From positions 1 through 64,000 of the IMG/VR virus record IMGVR_UViG_2799112330_000002: a stretch of 64,000 nt of DNA; one strand, given 5' to 3'. The stretch's first letter is position 1. Every line of letters begins with the position of its first letter. Source of the DNA: a virus (Duplodnaviria > Heunggongvirae > Uroviricota > Caudoviricetes). The notes under the pieces are model-generated. The model ran no database searches. It had not been told where the DNA came from and worked only from the letters and a program-made list of their open reading frames with translations. The translations under genes were made by a program, and so were the position numbers. Below are positions 47,689 through 57,994 of the stretch, in pieces.

Positions 47689-48075
47689 ATGAAAAAGTTT
47701 TTATTAGTTTTAGTATTTGCATTAGCTTTCGGATTGCAGTCTTTTGCTAATGATAAATTTACAGTAGATGACAAAATAGAATATTTGACTAATGATTCTA
47801 TTGTCATGACAAGTATCAACAAATCTATCAATCGTTATCTTAATATCAAAGATGATCAGATATTATTCTATGATATATTTAACGATATGTATGATTACAT
47901 TAATGTTCTAGACAAAGAACAGGATAAGATTGTCAAAGAATTCAATATGCATCTAAAGCATGACTTAAATTTAAGTAAGATGATTCTTGATGATACTCAG
48001 TATAAGAAGTATCTTCTAGTTTTGAATCAGACTCTTTATAATAAAGATCTTCTTAAATATATTAATAATAATTAA
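47689..48075 (+). CDS. exported protein with signal peptide
   Basis: MKKFLLVLVFALAFGLQSFA. Confidence 0.65.
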   Translation: MKKFLLVLVFALAFGLQSFANDKFTVDDKIEYLTNDSIVMTSINKSINRYLNIKDDQILFYDIFNDMYDYINVLDKEQDKIVKEFNMHLKHDLNLSKMILDDTQYKKYLLVLNQTLYNKDLLKYINNN

Positions 48076-48167
48076 GTTTTGTCATGGAGAATAAAAATAT
48101 TGAAAAAAGAACTAATTGTGGATGTATGGTAGGTCTTTTTGATCTATCATACATTTTTTCTTTGTTC

Positions 48168-50657
48168 TTATCTCATTGCAGCCATCATTGCTCTGTATTC
48201 TTCCATGTCTTCACAGAACTGTTTATATTTAGCAGTCTGTTCTAATAATGGTATTTGAGCCAAAGTCATTACAATATCATCATGCCCATAAGATGCTGCA
48301 TAGTTTCCATTTCCTGACTTGTCTTCAAAGTTCTCTATTTCTGTTATTGTGAAATAGTCATATATTACAAGATAACCATTTTCTAATATAAGTTTCAACA
48401 ATGAACATGCTGTCTGTTTATTTGATCCATTGAATCTTACACCAGGTATTTGTTTTGTTTTCTTGACTTTTGTTCCTCCTTCATCAACTTCAAACTTCAT
48501 CTTATATCTTACTATAGCTGTTGTATCAAATTCTTCTGCAATGTTGAATCTCCACCCATATTCTCTTTTGTATTCTTCTTCATTGAGATTCAACAGATAT
48601 TGGAAGAACAATGCTCCATAAGTATTCCATTCTATACTATATATGCAATGATCAGGATTGTCTCTGAACAATTGAGAGAATAGAAGCCAGAATTCAAGTG
48701 CAGCAAGTTCAAGATTCACTTTATTAGAATGCCAATACCCAACCTGTTCATATCTGTTCTTTTCTTTAAGTTCTAATATATTGAATGTTGTATAGTCATT
48801 TCCTCCACCTTCAGCAAGATCAACTAATACTATATAGAACCCATAGTCAAATCTAGAAAAATCATAATTGGGATTAAGATATAGACAATCAGAATATAAT
48901 ATAGAAATGTCAAATGTGAACTCAATATTATGCTCATCATGGAAATATTTGATAAGAGATGGTATGTTCAGGAACTTTACTTCCGAATCATGCAGTTCTT
49001 CAAGCTTTACACGATTGACAATACATTTGTCACTTGCTGAGAATTGTGTTCCGTATTGATAGTAGAAGTTTGCTTCACCACCAAGAATACCAACCATCTT
49101 CTCTTTCCATTCATTTGTACGTTTCTCCCATTGATGTGTGTCCATATTGTAGTTAGGTACTTGATCCCAATCGACTTTGAATGGAGCATAACCATTCCAA
49201 TCTTTACCGATTTCATTAGCACCTTTCCATAATGTATAGAAGAAATTGAAACCGTTTTGAGTAGACATTATACATACATTTGAGTCAGGCATTGTTGTGA
49301 TAGTAGGAATGATGTTCATATAGAACAATTCTACTTCATTGTTTGGACACCACGCAAACTCATCAAGAATAAGAAAATTAATTGTCTTACCAAGACCTGC
49401 TGTTGGAGAGAAAGCTTCAGTAGCAATTTTAGAGTTATTGTCAAAAGCAATCTCATGCTGATTCCATTTGTATATACCAGGCTTGAGATAATATGGGAGA
49501 TTCAAGAACATATCTTTTATCTTTGACAATAAGTCAATACCTGCGGGGCCAGACTTGGAAAGAATAAGTCCTGATTTGTCTATGCTAAATAATATCTTCC
49601 AAAGACAATATATAGCTGTTGTAGTAGAATTATGACTTAAAATACCATTTGAATAAAATCTATGATTATGATCATTAACACAAGTATCACACATAGATAT
49701 CTTTTGAGATTTATATTCAATATTTATTACTTCTTGAAGACCTTGATCAGTTTGAATATAATCATGAATTTTCAAATCTTGTACATATATTTCTTTAAAG
49801 TCTTTATTAAAAACCCTATGTTCATCTGCACAATTCAATTGATAACCATTTTTAAGAGTTATTATATATTGTTCAAATGGTTTTGTTATTGTTATACATG
49901 ATAAAGGCTTAAAACCAGTATCCGATAATATTTCTATATTATTTAAATCTATTTCATCAATAGTCTTATAATTATCTAATAGTTTTTCTTTCTTAATATA
50001 ATGATAATCTATATAATCTAATAATGAAATAAGTTTAAAGCATATATTAATTATATTTATTTTCTTTTTCCCCTTATAAGTTAATTTATACATCAATTTA
50101 TATAAAGAATATTTAAGTTTCCATATTAATGAATGATTACAATACAAATTATATAATTCAAAAATAGGTAAACAATATATATTATCCTTTATATAATAAT
50201 GAAGTATCTTTTTAACTTCTGGACAATTTTCTTTATTAAATTTAACGGTAATATTTGACAAGAGGTTAAGAGATTTTCCAGACTGTCTTGCTGCTAATAG
50301 GATACTGAATCTATTATTCTGTAAATGCTCTAGATAGTCTTCCTGATAGTCTCTTAACTTACAAGGCTTTAATCCTTCAGGTGACATAAGATAGCATTTA
50401 GAAGCAAAATAGACAACATCCTGCATACAATGGATATAGTCTTCTATCTCTTCATCTGTACGACGAAATACCAGTTCTGGCTTAAGCAGTCTTGTATTAT
50501 TTCCAATGAATGGGTTCACTTTAAGAGGAAGACCTTGCTTCATAGCATCAACTGCTTTGTCTAATGCCTTTGTCGTCCATATTACTTGCTTAGCTTGATC
50601 ATTACCTTTTAGTTCTTTTACCGGATCAAATTCATATTCAAATTCTTTCTTTGACAT
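48168..50657 (-). CDS. terminase large subunit (T4 gp17-like) with intein
   Basis: LRDYQ, ARQSGK|..|STT, LILDEFAW, MSTQNG, VDLAEGGG.DY, HDDIVM. Confidence 0.95.
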   Translation of the reverse strand: MSKKEFEYEFDPVKELKGNDQAKQVIWTTKALDKAVDAMKQGLPLKVNPFIGNNTRLLKPELVFRRTDEEIEDYIHCMQDVVYFASKCYLMSPEGLKPCKLRDYQEDYLEHLQNNRFSILLAARQSGKSLNLLSNITVKFNKENCPEVKKILHYYIKDNIYCLPIFELYNLYCNHSLIWKLKYSLYKLMYKLTYKGKKKINIINICFKLISLLDYIDYHYIKKEKLLDNYKTIDEIDLNNIEILSDTGFKPLSCITITKPFEQYIITLKNGYQLNCADEHRVFNKDFKEIYVQDLKIHDYIQTDQGLQEVINIEYKSQKISMCDTCVNDHNHRFYSNGILSHNSTTTAIYCLWKILFSIDKSGLILSKSGPAGIDLLSKIKDMFLNLPYYLKPGIYKWNQHEIAFDNNSKIATEAFSPTAGLGKTINFLILDEFAWCPNNEVELFYMNIIPTITTMPDSNVCIMSTQNGFNFFYTLWKGANEIGKDWNGYAPFKVDWDQVPNYNMDTHQWEKRTNEWKEKMVGILGGEANFYYQYGTQFSASDKCIVNRVKLEELHDSEVKFLNIPSLIKYFHDEHNIEFTFDISILYSDCLYLNPNYDFSRFDYGFYIVLVDLAEGGGNDYTTFNILELKEKNRYEQVGYWHSNKVNLELAALEFWLLFSQLFRDNPDHCIYSIEWNTYGALFFQYLLNLNEEEYKREYGWRFNIAEEFDTTAIVRYKMKFEVDEGGTKVKKTKQIPGVRFNGSNKQTACSLLKLILENGYLVIYDYFTITEIENFEDKSGNGNYAASYGHDDIVMTLAQIPLLEQTAKYKQFCEDMEEYRAMMAAMR
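49629..50273 (-). mobile_element. 215-aa mini-intein in terminase Walker A motif
   Basis: Begins SLNLLSNITV after RQSGK; block B LNCADEHRV; ends FYSNGILSHN before Ser; no LAGLIDADG motif seen. Confidence 0.85.
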
Positions 50658-50862
50658 ATAAAACTATACAATAATTGAATAAGTTAATTTTGTTATTTAA
50701 TAATTAATAATAATATTATTTAACTTATCCAGTTATTGTATATATACGTTAAAATCATCATAAATGATAGACCCTCATCTAAAATATTGGAGATATTAGT
50801 TTATATGTCTTTTATAGTTGAAGGGAATCTGGATGAAGAGAGGGCCATCTGTGTGAATATTT

Positions 50863-51084
50863 CTAATCAATCCGCAATTCAATACATTGACACTCATGAT
50901 CAAAGGTCATTTTTGCCCTTTGTACAACTTCACATATATCATCATAGATAACAGAATTAACATAGGGAGACTTCGATACCCATATACCTAATTCAGTATT
51001 CTTTGTCGGTTCTTCAGTAAACATGACAACTTTTCCATTCTTGTTTACAGCAAACCATATCATTTGAGAAGTATATTCTTTCAT
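50863..51084 (-). CDS. hypothetical protein
   Basis: ORF track. Confidence 0.6.
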   Translation of the reverse strand: MKEYTSQMIWFAVNKNGKVVMFTEEPTKNTELGIWVSKSPYVNSVIYDDICEVVQRAKMTFDHECQCIELRID

Positions 51085-51201
51085 AAAAACATGTTTAATA
51101 AATAATGATTATAATCAATATAGTCATTTCTAGTTTTTATTTTTAATATATAGTATATAAATATATATAGAGGAGCAAAATATATATTTATACTACATGT
51201 T

Positions 51202-51600
51202 ATGTTAAATGAATCTTTAAATATAGTTACAAAATGTATTATGAGTGCGAATAAAAAAGGTTTTTTCAGAAAACTAATGGATAAAAATGATCCTGAAATA
51301 GCTGCAAGTAACTTCTTTGTTATTTGTGTATTAGCTATTGGACTAGTATTGTTAGCTGTTCCTATCTTTGCCCTTATTATTGAGGCTTGGTTTAATCATA
51401 CTATTAGTACTGATCTTAATGGAATGGCTGCTTATATCATGGCTGTTGCTGCAATATTTACTTCTGCTGGCATCACAAAAATAGGTGTGCATTATACTGA
51501 CAACAAATATCTTGAAAGTAGAATGAAAGAAAGAGAATTTGAAAGAAGAGAAGATAATTGTGGTGAGGAAGAACATAATGAAGAAATAATTAGTGATTAA
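51202..51600 (+). CDS. two-TM membrane protein (holin-like candidate)
   Basis: Two hydrophobic helices, charged C-terminus. Confidence 0.5.
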   Translation: MLNESLNIVTKCIMSANKKGFFRKLMDKNDPEIAASNFFVICVLAIGLVLLAVPIFALIIEAWFNHTISTDLNGMAAYIMAVAAIFTSAGITKIGVHYTDNKYLESRMKEREFERREDNCGEEEHNEEIISD

Positions 51601-51602
51601 AT

Positions 51603-52133
51603 ATGAAGAAATTAAATCAGTTCATAGCAGAAAAGTTTAGGATATCAAAAGATAATCTTGAACCTCATTACAATTATCAACCTAAGACAAAAAATGAACT
51701 AAAACAATTAGCAGATAAATTAATTAAAGAAAGAGGCAATGATGCTGATCTAAATGATATAGATACTTCGGAAATTACTGATATGTCTTCCATGTTTGAA
51801 GATTCAAAGTTTAATGGAGATATATCTAATTGGGATGTATCAAAAGTCAAAGACATGGAAGCAATGTTTGCTAGTTCTGAATTCAATGGAGATATATCTA
51901 ACTGGGATGTAAGTAAGGTTAAAAATATGAATAGGATGTTTTGGGGAACAAAATTTAACGGAGATATTTCTCAATGGGATGTAAGTAATGTTGAAGAAAT
52001 GTTTGGCATGTTTAGTTATTCTGAATTTAATGGTGATATTTCTCAATGGGATGTTAGCAATGTTGAAAATATGGGATGGGTGTTTAATTTTTGCCCATTA
52101 CATAAGAATCCACCAAAATGGTATAAAGAATAA
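51603..52133 (+). CDS. DUF285/BspA-like repeat protein
   Basis: FNGDISNWDVS repeats. Confidence 0.9.
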   Translation: MKKLNQFIAEKFRISKDNLEPHYNYQPKTKNELKQLADKLIKERGNDADLNDIDTSEITDMSSMFEDSKFNGDISNWDVSKVKDMEAMFASSEFNGDISNWDVSKVKNMNRMFWGTKFNGDISQWDVSNVEEMFGMFSYSEFNGDISQWDVSNVENMGWVFNFCPLHKNPPKWYKE

Positions 52134-52150
52134 ATAAAGTAATAATATAT

Positions 52151-52906
52151 ATGAAGAAATTAAGTACATTTATAACGGAGAAGTTTAGGATATCAAAAGA
52201 CAATCTTAAAGAACTAACATATAATTATTATCCAAAGACAAGATCTGAACTAGAAGATTTAATAGATGAGTTGATTAAAGAAAGAGGTAATGATGCTAAT
52301 CTAAATGATATAGATACTTCTGAAATTACTGATATGGCACAGTTATTTTATTATCGTAGTTTTAATGGAGATATATCTAAATGGGATGTAAGCAATGTTA
52401 AAGATATGAGTGGATTGTTTAGAGATTCTCAATTTAATGGAGACATATCTAGTTGGGATGTACATAATGTTGAAAATATGCGTTATATGTTTGCTGACAC
52501 TATTTTTAATGGGGATATATCTAATTGGAACGTAAGTAATGTTAACAATATGTATGGTATGTTTATTGATTCCAAATTTAATGGAGATATCTCTCAATGG
52601 GATGTAAGTAATGTTACACTTATGAGAGCTATGTTTATGGATTCTCAATTCAACGGAGATATATCTAAATGGAATGTAAGTAAAGTTGAAAATATGATAA
52701 ATATGTTTAAATGTTCTAAATTTAATGGAGATATATCTGATTGGGATGTAAGTAATGTCAAAAAGATGTCATGGATGTTTGAAGGATCGAAATTTAATGG
52801 AGATATATCTAAATGGGATGTAAGTAATGTTAAAGATATGAGTGGTATGTTTAAAGATTGTTCATTAAAAAAGAACCTGCCAGCATGGTATTTTGCGTGG
52901 TTATAA
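52151..52906 (+). CDS. DUF285/BspA-like repeat protein
   Basis: Same repeats. Confidence 0.9.
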   Translation: MKKLSTFITEKFRISKDNLKELTYNYYPKTRSELEDLIDELIKERGNDANLNDIDTSEITDMAQLFYYRSFNGDISKWDVSNVKDMSGLFRDSQFNGDISSWDVHNVENMRYMFADTIFNGDISNWNVSNVNNMYGMFIDSKFNGDISQWDVSNVTLMRAMFMDSQFNGDISKWNVSKVENMINMFKCSKFNGDISDWDVSNVKKMSWMFEGSKFNGDISKWDVSNVKDMSGMFKDCSLKKNLPAWYFAWL

Positions 52907-52930
52907 AGAATAAATAAAGTAATAATATAT

Positions 52931-53704
52931 ATGAAGAAATTAAATCAGTTCATTATAGAAAAATTCAGGCTATCAAAAGATAATCTTATACGCAAGTATA
53001 ACTATCATCCTAAGACAAGAGATGAACTAAAAGATTTAATAGATGATTTAATTAAGGAAAGAGGTAATGAGGCTGATCTAAATGATATAGATACTTCTGT
53101 AATTACTGATATGTCTTTTTTATTTATGAATTCTAAATTCACCGGAAATATTTCTGAATGGGATGTAAGTAATGTTAAGGATATGCAATTTATGTTTGCT
53201 TATTCTGAATTTAATGAGGATATCTCTAATTGGGATGTAAATAAGGTTGAACATATGCAATGTATGTTTAAAAATTCTGTATTTAATGAGGATATATCTA
53301 AATGGGATGTAAGTAAAGTTGAAAACATGAGAGGTATGTTTAAAGATTCTGTATTTAATGGAGATATATCTAATTGGGATGTAAGTAATGTTAAAGATAT
53401 GCAATCAATGTTTTCACATTCTGAATTCAATGGAGATATCTCAAAATGGGATGTAAGTAATGTTAAAGATATGCCATGGATGTTTAAAAATTCTGTATTT
53501 AATGGGGATATATCTAATTGGAATGTAAGTAATGTTGAAGATATGTCATGGGTGTTTCAAGGATCTAAATTTAATGGAGACATATCTTTATGGGACGTTA
53601 GTAATGTTAAAAGTATGAGATCTATGTTTGTTAGTAATGTTAAACATGTGGATTATATATTTAATAATTGCCCATTAGAAGATAATCCACCAGCATGGTA
53701 TTAA
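52931..53704 (+). CDS. DUF285/BspA-like repeat protein
   Basis: Same repeats; one partial repeat near the end. Confidence 0.9.
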   Translation: MKKLNQFIIEKFRLSKDNLIRKYNYHPKTRDELKDLIDDLIKERGNEADLNDIDTSVITDMSFLFMNSKFTGNISEWDVSNVKDMQFMFAYSEFNEDISNWDVNKVEHMQCMFKNSVFNEDISKWDVSKVENMRGMFKDSVFNGDISNWDVSNVKDMQSMFSHSEFNGDISKWDVSNVKDMPWMFKNSVFNGDISNWNVSNVEDMSWVFQGSKFNGDISLWDVSNVKSMRSMFVSNVKHVDYIFNNCPLEDNPPAWY

Positions 53705-53740
53705 AAAATAAAGAATATAATAATATAATAATTAAACAAT

Positions 53741-54193
53741 ATGAAGAAACTTAATCAGTTCATTATAGAGAAATTCAGGTTATCAAAAGACAATTTGAAT
53801 AAACAACAAAGAGATTTATCAAATACTGATATCTCTAAGGTAAAGCAATTAATGCGTTTTAAAACTCCTCGAGAAGAAAATATGAATTGGGTCAAAATGG
53901 AACAATATTTTAATAAAAAGTCTAATCCACAAAGATTAGTAAACAGTATTAAAGATGATAGAAAACTATTGTTTCGTTGGTATATTTGTGTATATAATGG
54001 ATATTCTGATTATTATCCAACATTTAGAGAAGCCATTGTTGAAAGAGATATATGTAATGAAGATCAATTAGATGCATATATATTATTTAAGTATAATTCA
54101 ACATACGGAGGAAATTCGACATATACAAAAAGTATTAGAGAACGTCTTGAAGAATATTTAGATACCTATGATGTAAAATATGATAAAAAATAA
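53741..54193 (+). CDS. hypothetical protein with EKFRLSKDNL N-terminal cassette
   Basis: MKKLNQFIIEKFRLSKDNL fused to a non-repeat body. Confidence 0.75.
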   Translation: MKKLNQFIIEKFRLSKDNLNKQQRDLSNTDISKVKQLMRFKTPREENMNWVKMEQYFNKKSNPQRLVNSIKDDRKLLFRWYICVYNGYSDYYPTFREAIVERDICNEDQLDAYILFKYNSTYGGNSTYTKSIRERLEEYLDTYDVKYDKK

Positions 54194-54196
54194 AAA

Positions 54197-54700
54197 ATGA
54201 AGAAATTAAGTCGGTTCATTACAGAGAAATTCAGGTTATCAAAAGATAATCTAAAAGATATATGTCTATATGATGAATCAATAATAGACATTACTATTGA
54301 TAACTTTAGGCAATTAGTTGATGTTTTAGAAGAGTATTTTAAGTCATCTGATAAATATAAAATAACAGCGGCATTACCAAAGACTCAGCAAAGACAAATT
54401 AATGGTCCAAATCTAATTATATATGCTAATAATTGCGCATTTATAGATATTAAAGACTTGGAAAAGGATTTTATAATTGCTAGACTAATTGTTATTGTTA
54501 ATTATAGAAAGGGTGCTTATTTTCAAGCTTGGATAGTTGGTAAAGAACCAAATGATAAAGGAATAACTGAAACTCTAATTATGGCGCCTGAGCATCAATT
54601 TGAGTTTGGACATAATTTTAGAGATTGGCTTATGACAATTAATAATAGTAAGTTAAAAGACAAATATAAAAACATATTGAATTTATTTTTCCAAACATAA
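54197..54700 (+). CDS. hypothetical protein with EKFRLSKDNL N-terminal cassette
   Basis: MKKLSRFITEKFRLSKDNL fused to a different body. Confidence 0.75.
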   Translation: MKKLSRFITEKFRLSKDNLKDICLYDESIIDITIDNFRQLVDVLEEYFKSSDKYKITAALPKTQQRQINGPNLIIYANNCAFIDIKDLEKDFIIARLIVIVNYRKGAYFQAWIVGKEPNDKGITETLIMAPEHQFEFGHNFRDWLMTINNSKLKDKYKNILNLFFQT

Positions 54701-54739
54701 TAAAAAAGAGGAATCTTAAGATTCCTCTTTTATTTTGTT

Positions 54740-55117
54740 TTATTCTTCTTCTTTCTTTACCTTTTCTTCAAGATCTTCTTGATTTTCTAATTCATCTTGA
54801 TAGTCAAATAGTTCTCCTAAAGTAACTTCAAGTTTTTTAGTTTTTTGAGCATATTGCTCATTAGAAGAATTCTTTTGTTGTTTTCTTATTGATTGTATAG
54901 CTTGTTGAAGAATTTCAGTATCTGTTTCTTTGTCTTTGCATATAGTAACAGTTACCTTATTACCATCAATAGCATAGTTTTCTTTTCCTTCGAATGACTT
55001 TACTGTTTCTTCTCCATTTTCTATATCAGTAAAATCAAATGTAAATGTTTTAGAATCAGTACATTCAGCAGCTTCGCTAACATTAGATTCAATAAGATAT
55101 TCTTTTAAACTTCTCAT
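54740..55117 (-). CDS. hypothetical protein (MRSLKEYLIES)
   Basis: ORF track. Confidence 0.7.
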   Translation of the reverse strand: MRSLKEYLIESNVSEAAECTDSKTFTFDFTDIENGEETVKSFEGKENYAIDGNKVTVTICKDKETDTEILQQAIQSIRKQQKNSSNEQYAQKTKKLEVTLGELFDYQDELENQEDLEEKVKKEEE

Positions 55118-55123
55118 AAATTT

Positions 55124-55786
55124 TTATTGTTTATATTTATTATAATATTTTTTAATTCCTTCTACATGAATATTGATTATATCATTAAGACCAGAACTAC
55201 TTAATAGATAGTCAACATCTAATCTATTGTCCATAAACATGTTTTCCGTCAATACAGCAGGACAATTAGATCCCTTTGTTATTTGAAAACCAGCTTCCCA
55301 GTCTTTGTCTCCATCTGAAAAATCTGTTCTAATTGGTTTTTGCGACTGATGACCTTTGAATGTATTAATAAAGTCTTTGTTAGAATATAATACTTGTTCA
55401 GCCACTTCATAAAGACAATCAGCAAATTTATCTGAATTGTTTTGTCCTCTTGTTGTCCAAGCTGACCATCCTCTTGCATTCATCCATCCGCCATTACCTG
55501 CGGCATTTACATGAACAGACAACATTATACAATTTTTTGTTCCATATTTTGTACAATAATTATTGATTCTTTTGACTCTAGAGCCTAATGGTACATCATA
55601 TTCTTCTGGTGTGATCATTATTATTTCTATATCCTTATTGTCTTCAAATCTTGCTTTTATTCCAGCAGTTACTTCTCTACAATATTCCCATTCATAGAAT
55701 CTTGTACCATCCTGTAATAATGGGCTTCTTTTGCCTGGTGTATTATTGCCATGACCATTGTCTAACAATACATATAGTTTACTCAT
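55124..55786 (-). CDS. N-acetylmuramoyl-L-alanine amidase (Amidase_3)
   Basis: LDNGHG..TPGKRSP, E, SVHVNAAG, PAVLTENMFMD. Confidence 0.9.
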   Translation of the reverse strand: MSKLYVLLDNGHGNNTPGKRSPLLQDGTRFYEWEYCREVTAGIKARFEDNKDIEIIMITPEEYDVPLGSRVKRINNYCTKYGTKNCIMLSVHVNAAGNGGWMNARGWSAWTTRGQNNSDKFADCLYEVAEQVLYSNKDFINTFKGHQSQKPIRTDFSDGDKDWEAGFQITKGSNCPAVLTENMFMDNRLDVDYLLSSSGLNDIINIHVEGIKKYYNKYKQ

Positions 55787-55791
55787 AATAG

Positions 55792-57030
55792 TTAGAACTG
55801 AAGTTTTGGGAACAATTCACCAAATGCTTCTCCATATATCTTTATCTTATTTGTGTTTTCATCTATCTTACAGTTAAGTACATAGTCTAAAATTTTCAAG
55901 AAATCATTAAGCTTCTTATATTCTGCTGGACTATTTGTAAGATTTGCATTATTACCACAACCACAGAATCTTTGAGATACACTGCTGAAATCAAGATTGT
56001 AGTCTAATGCCATGAATTCTTTCAAGAACAATTGTAATGCTTCTATAAGTAGTTCATTTGGAACATATTCATTTTCAGTTAATTGTATCATAAACCAGTC
56101 TTCATAGAACTCAGGATCACCAAACATTTGTTGAGCATATAATAGCATCGCTTGCTGATATTGGTCTATACAAGGAGAATTGAATGATGTTGAAGTTCCA
56201 GTTGTACATCCACAATTTTGAGGATCTAATGTAGGCATAGTAGTGAAAGTATATTGACCATTCATTATTGTACTTAATATAATAGATGCTTCATCAACTT
56301 TTCCTTTCGCAAAATAGTTCAATACAATGTCATAGATCTGGTTCTTTGCTTTATTAGCAATTTCTGGGTGATCTTTTATTGTAGTGTAATTCAATATGAT
56401 CTGTGCAAAAGTTTGGAAGAAATTATTTAGTTCTTCTTCTGAATATGTATTTTCTAATAGTTTGTTTCTGTTATTGAAGAAATCTAAGTTAGTATAGTCC
56501 TTGATGAACTCATTAGAAAGATCTTCAAAATATACAGTCAACTTACCCTTATCATCAATATAGTCAGGTAGTTTTATTGTTGAATAGTCAAAGTCTTCAT
56601 CAGCAATAATGAGATTTGTATTCATTAGATAATTGAACAATGTAGAGTTAAGATAGTAGTCTACACCAGGACGGAATCCCTCTATACCAGTACTATATAT
56701 CTCGTTGTCTTTTGCTGACTTCAATATGAATTCTTGAAACTTTGACTGATCAGACATAAAGTTGTCAGTTATCATTATATATAGTCTTGGTATGTCTATG
56801 ACTGTTGTTTCATTTAATGAGTTTTCCAATAGAATTCCAAACATATTATTTGTCTCTAATGAAAGGAATATACCATCTGATGATTCTGTCAATAAATAGT
56901 TCTCAAAGAAATAGTCAATGCCCCATACATTATAGTTGATAGCATAATGACATCTAAGGCTTTCAGGAATCAATTCATGATCTGAGAACTTTATGATATT
57001 TGGCTGTATATGTCTATAGAAAGTATTCAC
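55792..57030 (-). CDS. hypothetical (probable virion) protein
   Basis: Long ORF in structural region. Confidence 0.7.
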   Translation of the reverse strand: MNTFYRHIQPNIIKFSDHELIPESLRCHYAINYNVWGIDYFFENYLLTESSDGIFLSLETNNMFGILLENSLNETTVIDIPRLYIMITDNFMSDQSKFQEFILKSAKDNEIYSTGIEGFRPGVDYYLNSTLFNYLMNTNLIIADEDFDYSTIKLPDYIDDKGKLTVYFEDLSNEFIKDYTNLDFFNNRNKLLENTYSEEELNNFFQTFAQIILNYTTIKDHPEIANKAKNQIYDIVLNYFAKGKVDEASIILSTIMNGQYTFTTMPTLDPQNCGCTTGTSTSFNSPCIDQYQQAMLLYAQQMFGDPEFYEDWFMIQLTENEYVPNELLIEALQLFLKEFMALDYNLDFSSVSQRFCGCGNNANLTNSPAEYKKLNDFLKILDYVLNCKIDENTNKIKIYGEAFGELFPKLQF

Positions 57031-57148
57031 TGTTCTTAAAATATATTTAATTTAATAAAAATAAAAACTATTCAATCAATACTAAAATTTGTACCAAAAA
57101 ATTATTTTTAATTAAATTAAATAATATATTATTGAGGCGAATATAAAA

Positions 57149-57739
57149 ATGAAAAAGAGTGATGTATATTCTTATATTGTATCATCAATAGACATAATAG
57201 ACAAGAAGGTGAATGTACAAGAAAAAAATGTTGTCAGTCTCTTTTCTTATCTATATAATTATAATGTATTACTTGAGAATAATATAACTGATCTGAATCT
57301 AAATATTGCTAAATATGAAAGTCAGTTGTCAAAATATCAAAATGAAATTGATAAATATAATGCATCAATAAAAGAGTATCAAAAGGAAATAAAAGAACTT
57401 AAGGATGCTAATAATGACTATGAAAAGAAAATGACAAAGATGACAAGTGACATCAATGCATTCAAAAAGGATGTATCAAAGACATTGTCTAAGAAGATCA
57501 ATAATATTGTAATCAATGAGATACATGAGGAATATAATATATCAAAATGGTTTCATAAGCAATGGGATAAGATAAAAAACTTTTTCAATACTCAATATGA
57601 TAAAATATATAAGATAATCAATAGAAAGAAGATAGAGCAAGAAATAGAAGAACAAAAGCAAAAAGAACTTAAAGAGGCGGAAGAGAAAAGACAAGAAAAA
57701 CTAAAAGCAATCAAAAATATACTTCAGAACCAGAAATAA
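57149..57739 (+). CDS. coiled-coil protein
   Basis: Heptad-rich ORF. Confidence 0.7.
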   Translation: MKKSDVYSYIVSSIDIIDKKVNVQEKNVVSLFSYLYNYNVLLENNITDLNLNIAKYESQLSKYQNEIDKYNASIKEYQKEIKELKDANNDYEKKMTKMTSDINAFKKDVSKTLSKKINNIVINEIHEEYNISKWFHKQWDKIKNFFNTQYDKIYKIINRKKIEQEIEEQKQKELKEAEEKRQEKLKAIKNILQNQK

Positions 57740-57742
57740 GAA

Positions 57743-57988
57743 ATGGACATAAAACAAAGCTTAACATATATGAATGATACGTATGAAAATATTGATAAGT
57801 ATACTCATACTGGCTTCAATAACTACAATTACTATCAAGATGGTATATTACGTAAATGTATGCCAAAAGTATTGTTTAAGGGAAATTCTATTCTGGTAAC
57901 ATTCTTGCAGCTTATAGATCTAAAATTGATTCTTATAATGAAGTATATAGATAGACTAAAAAGATTCAAATATATTTCTTGGTATTAA
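57743..57988 (+). CDS. hypothetical protein
   Basis: ORF track. Confidence 0.65.
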   Translation: MDIKQSLTYMNDTYENIDKYTHTGFNNYNYYQDGILRKCMPKVLFKGNSILVTFLQLIDLKLILIMKYIDRLKRFKYISWY

Positions 57989-57994
57989 TATTCC

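Noticed and set aside
28258-53430. 66-bp periodic repeats as a CRISPR array, and their antisense ORFs
   Set aside because: They are degenerate in-frame coding repeats of DUF285 proteins with no spacer structure or cas genes
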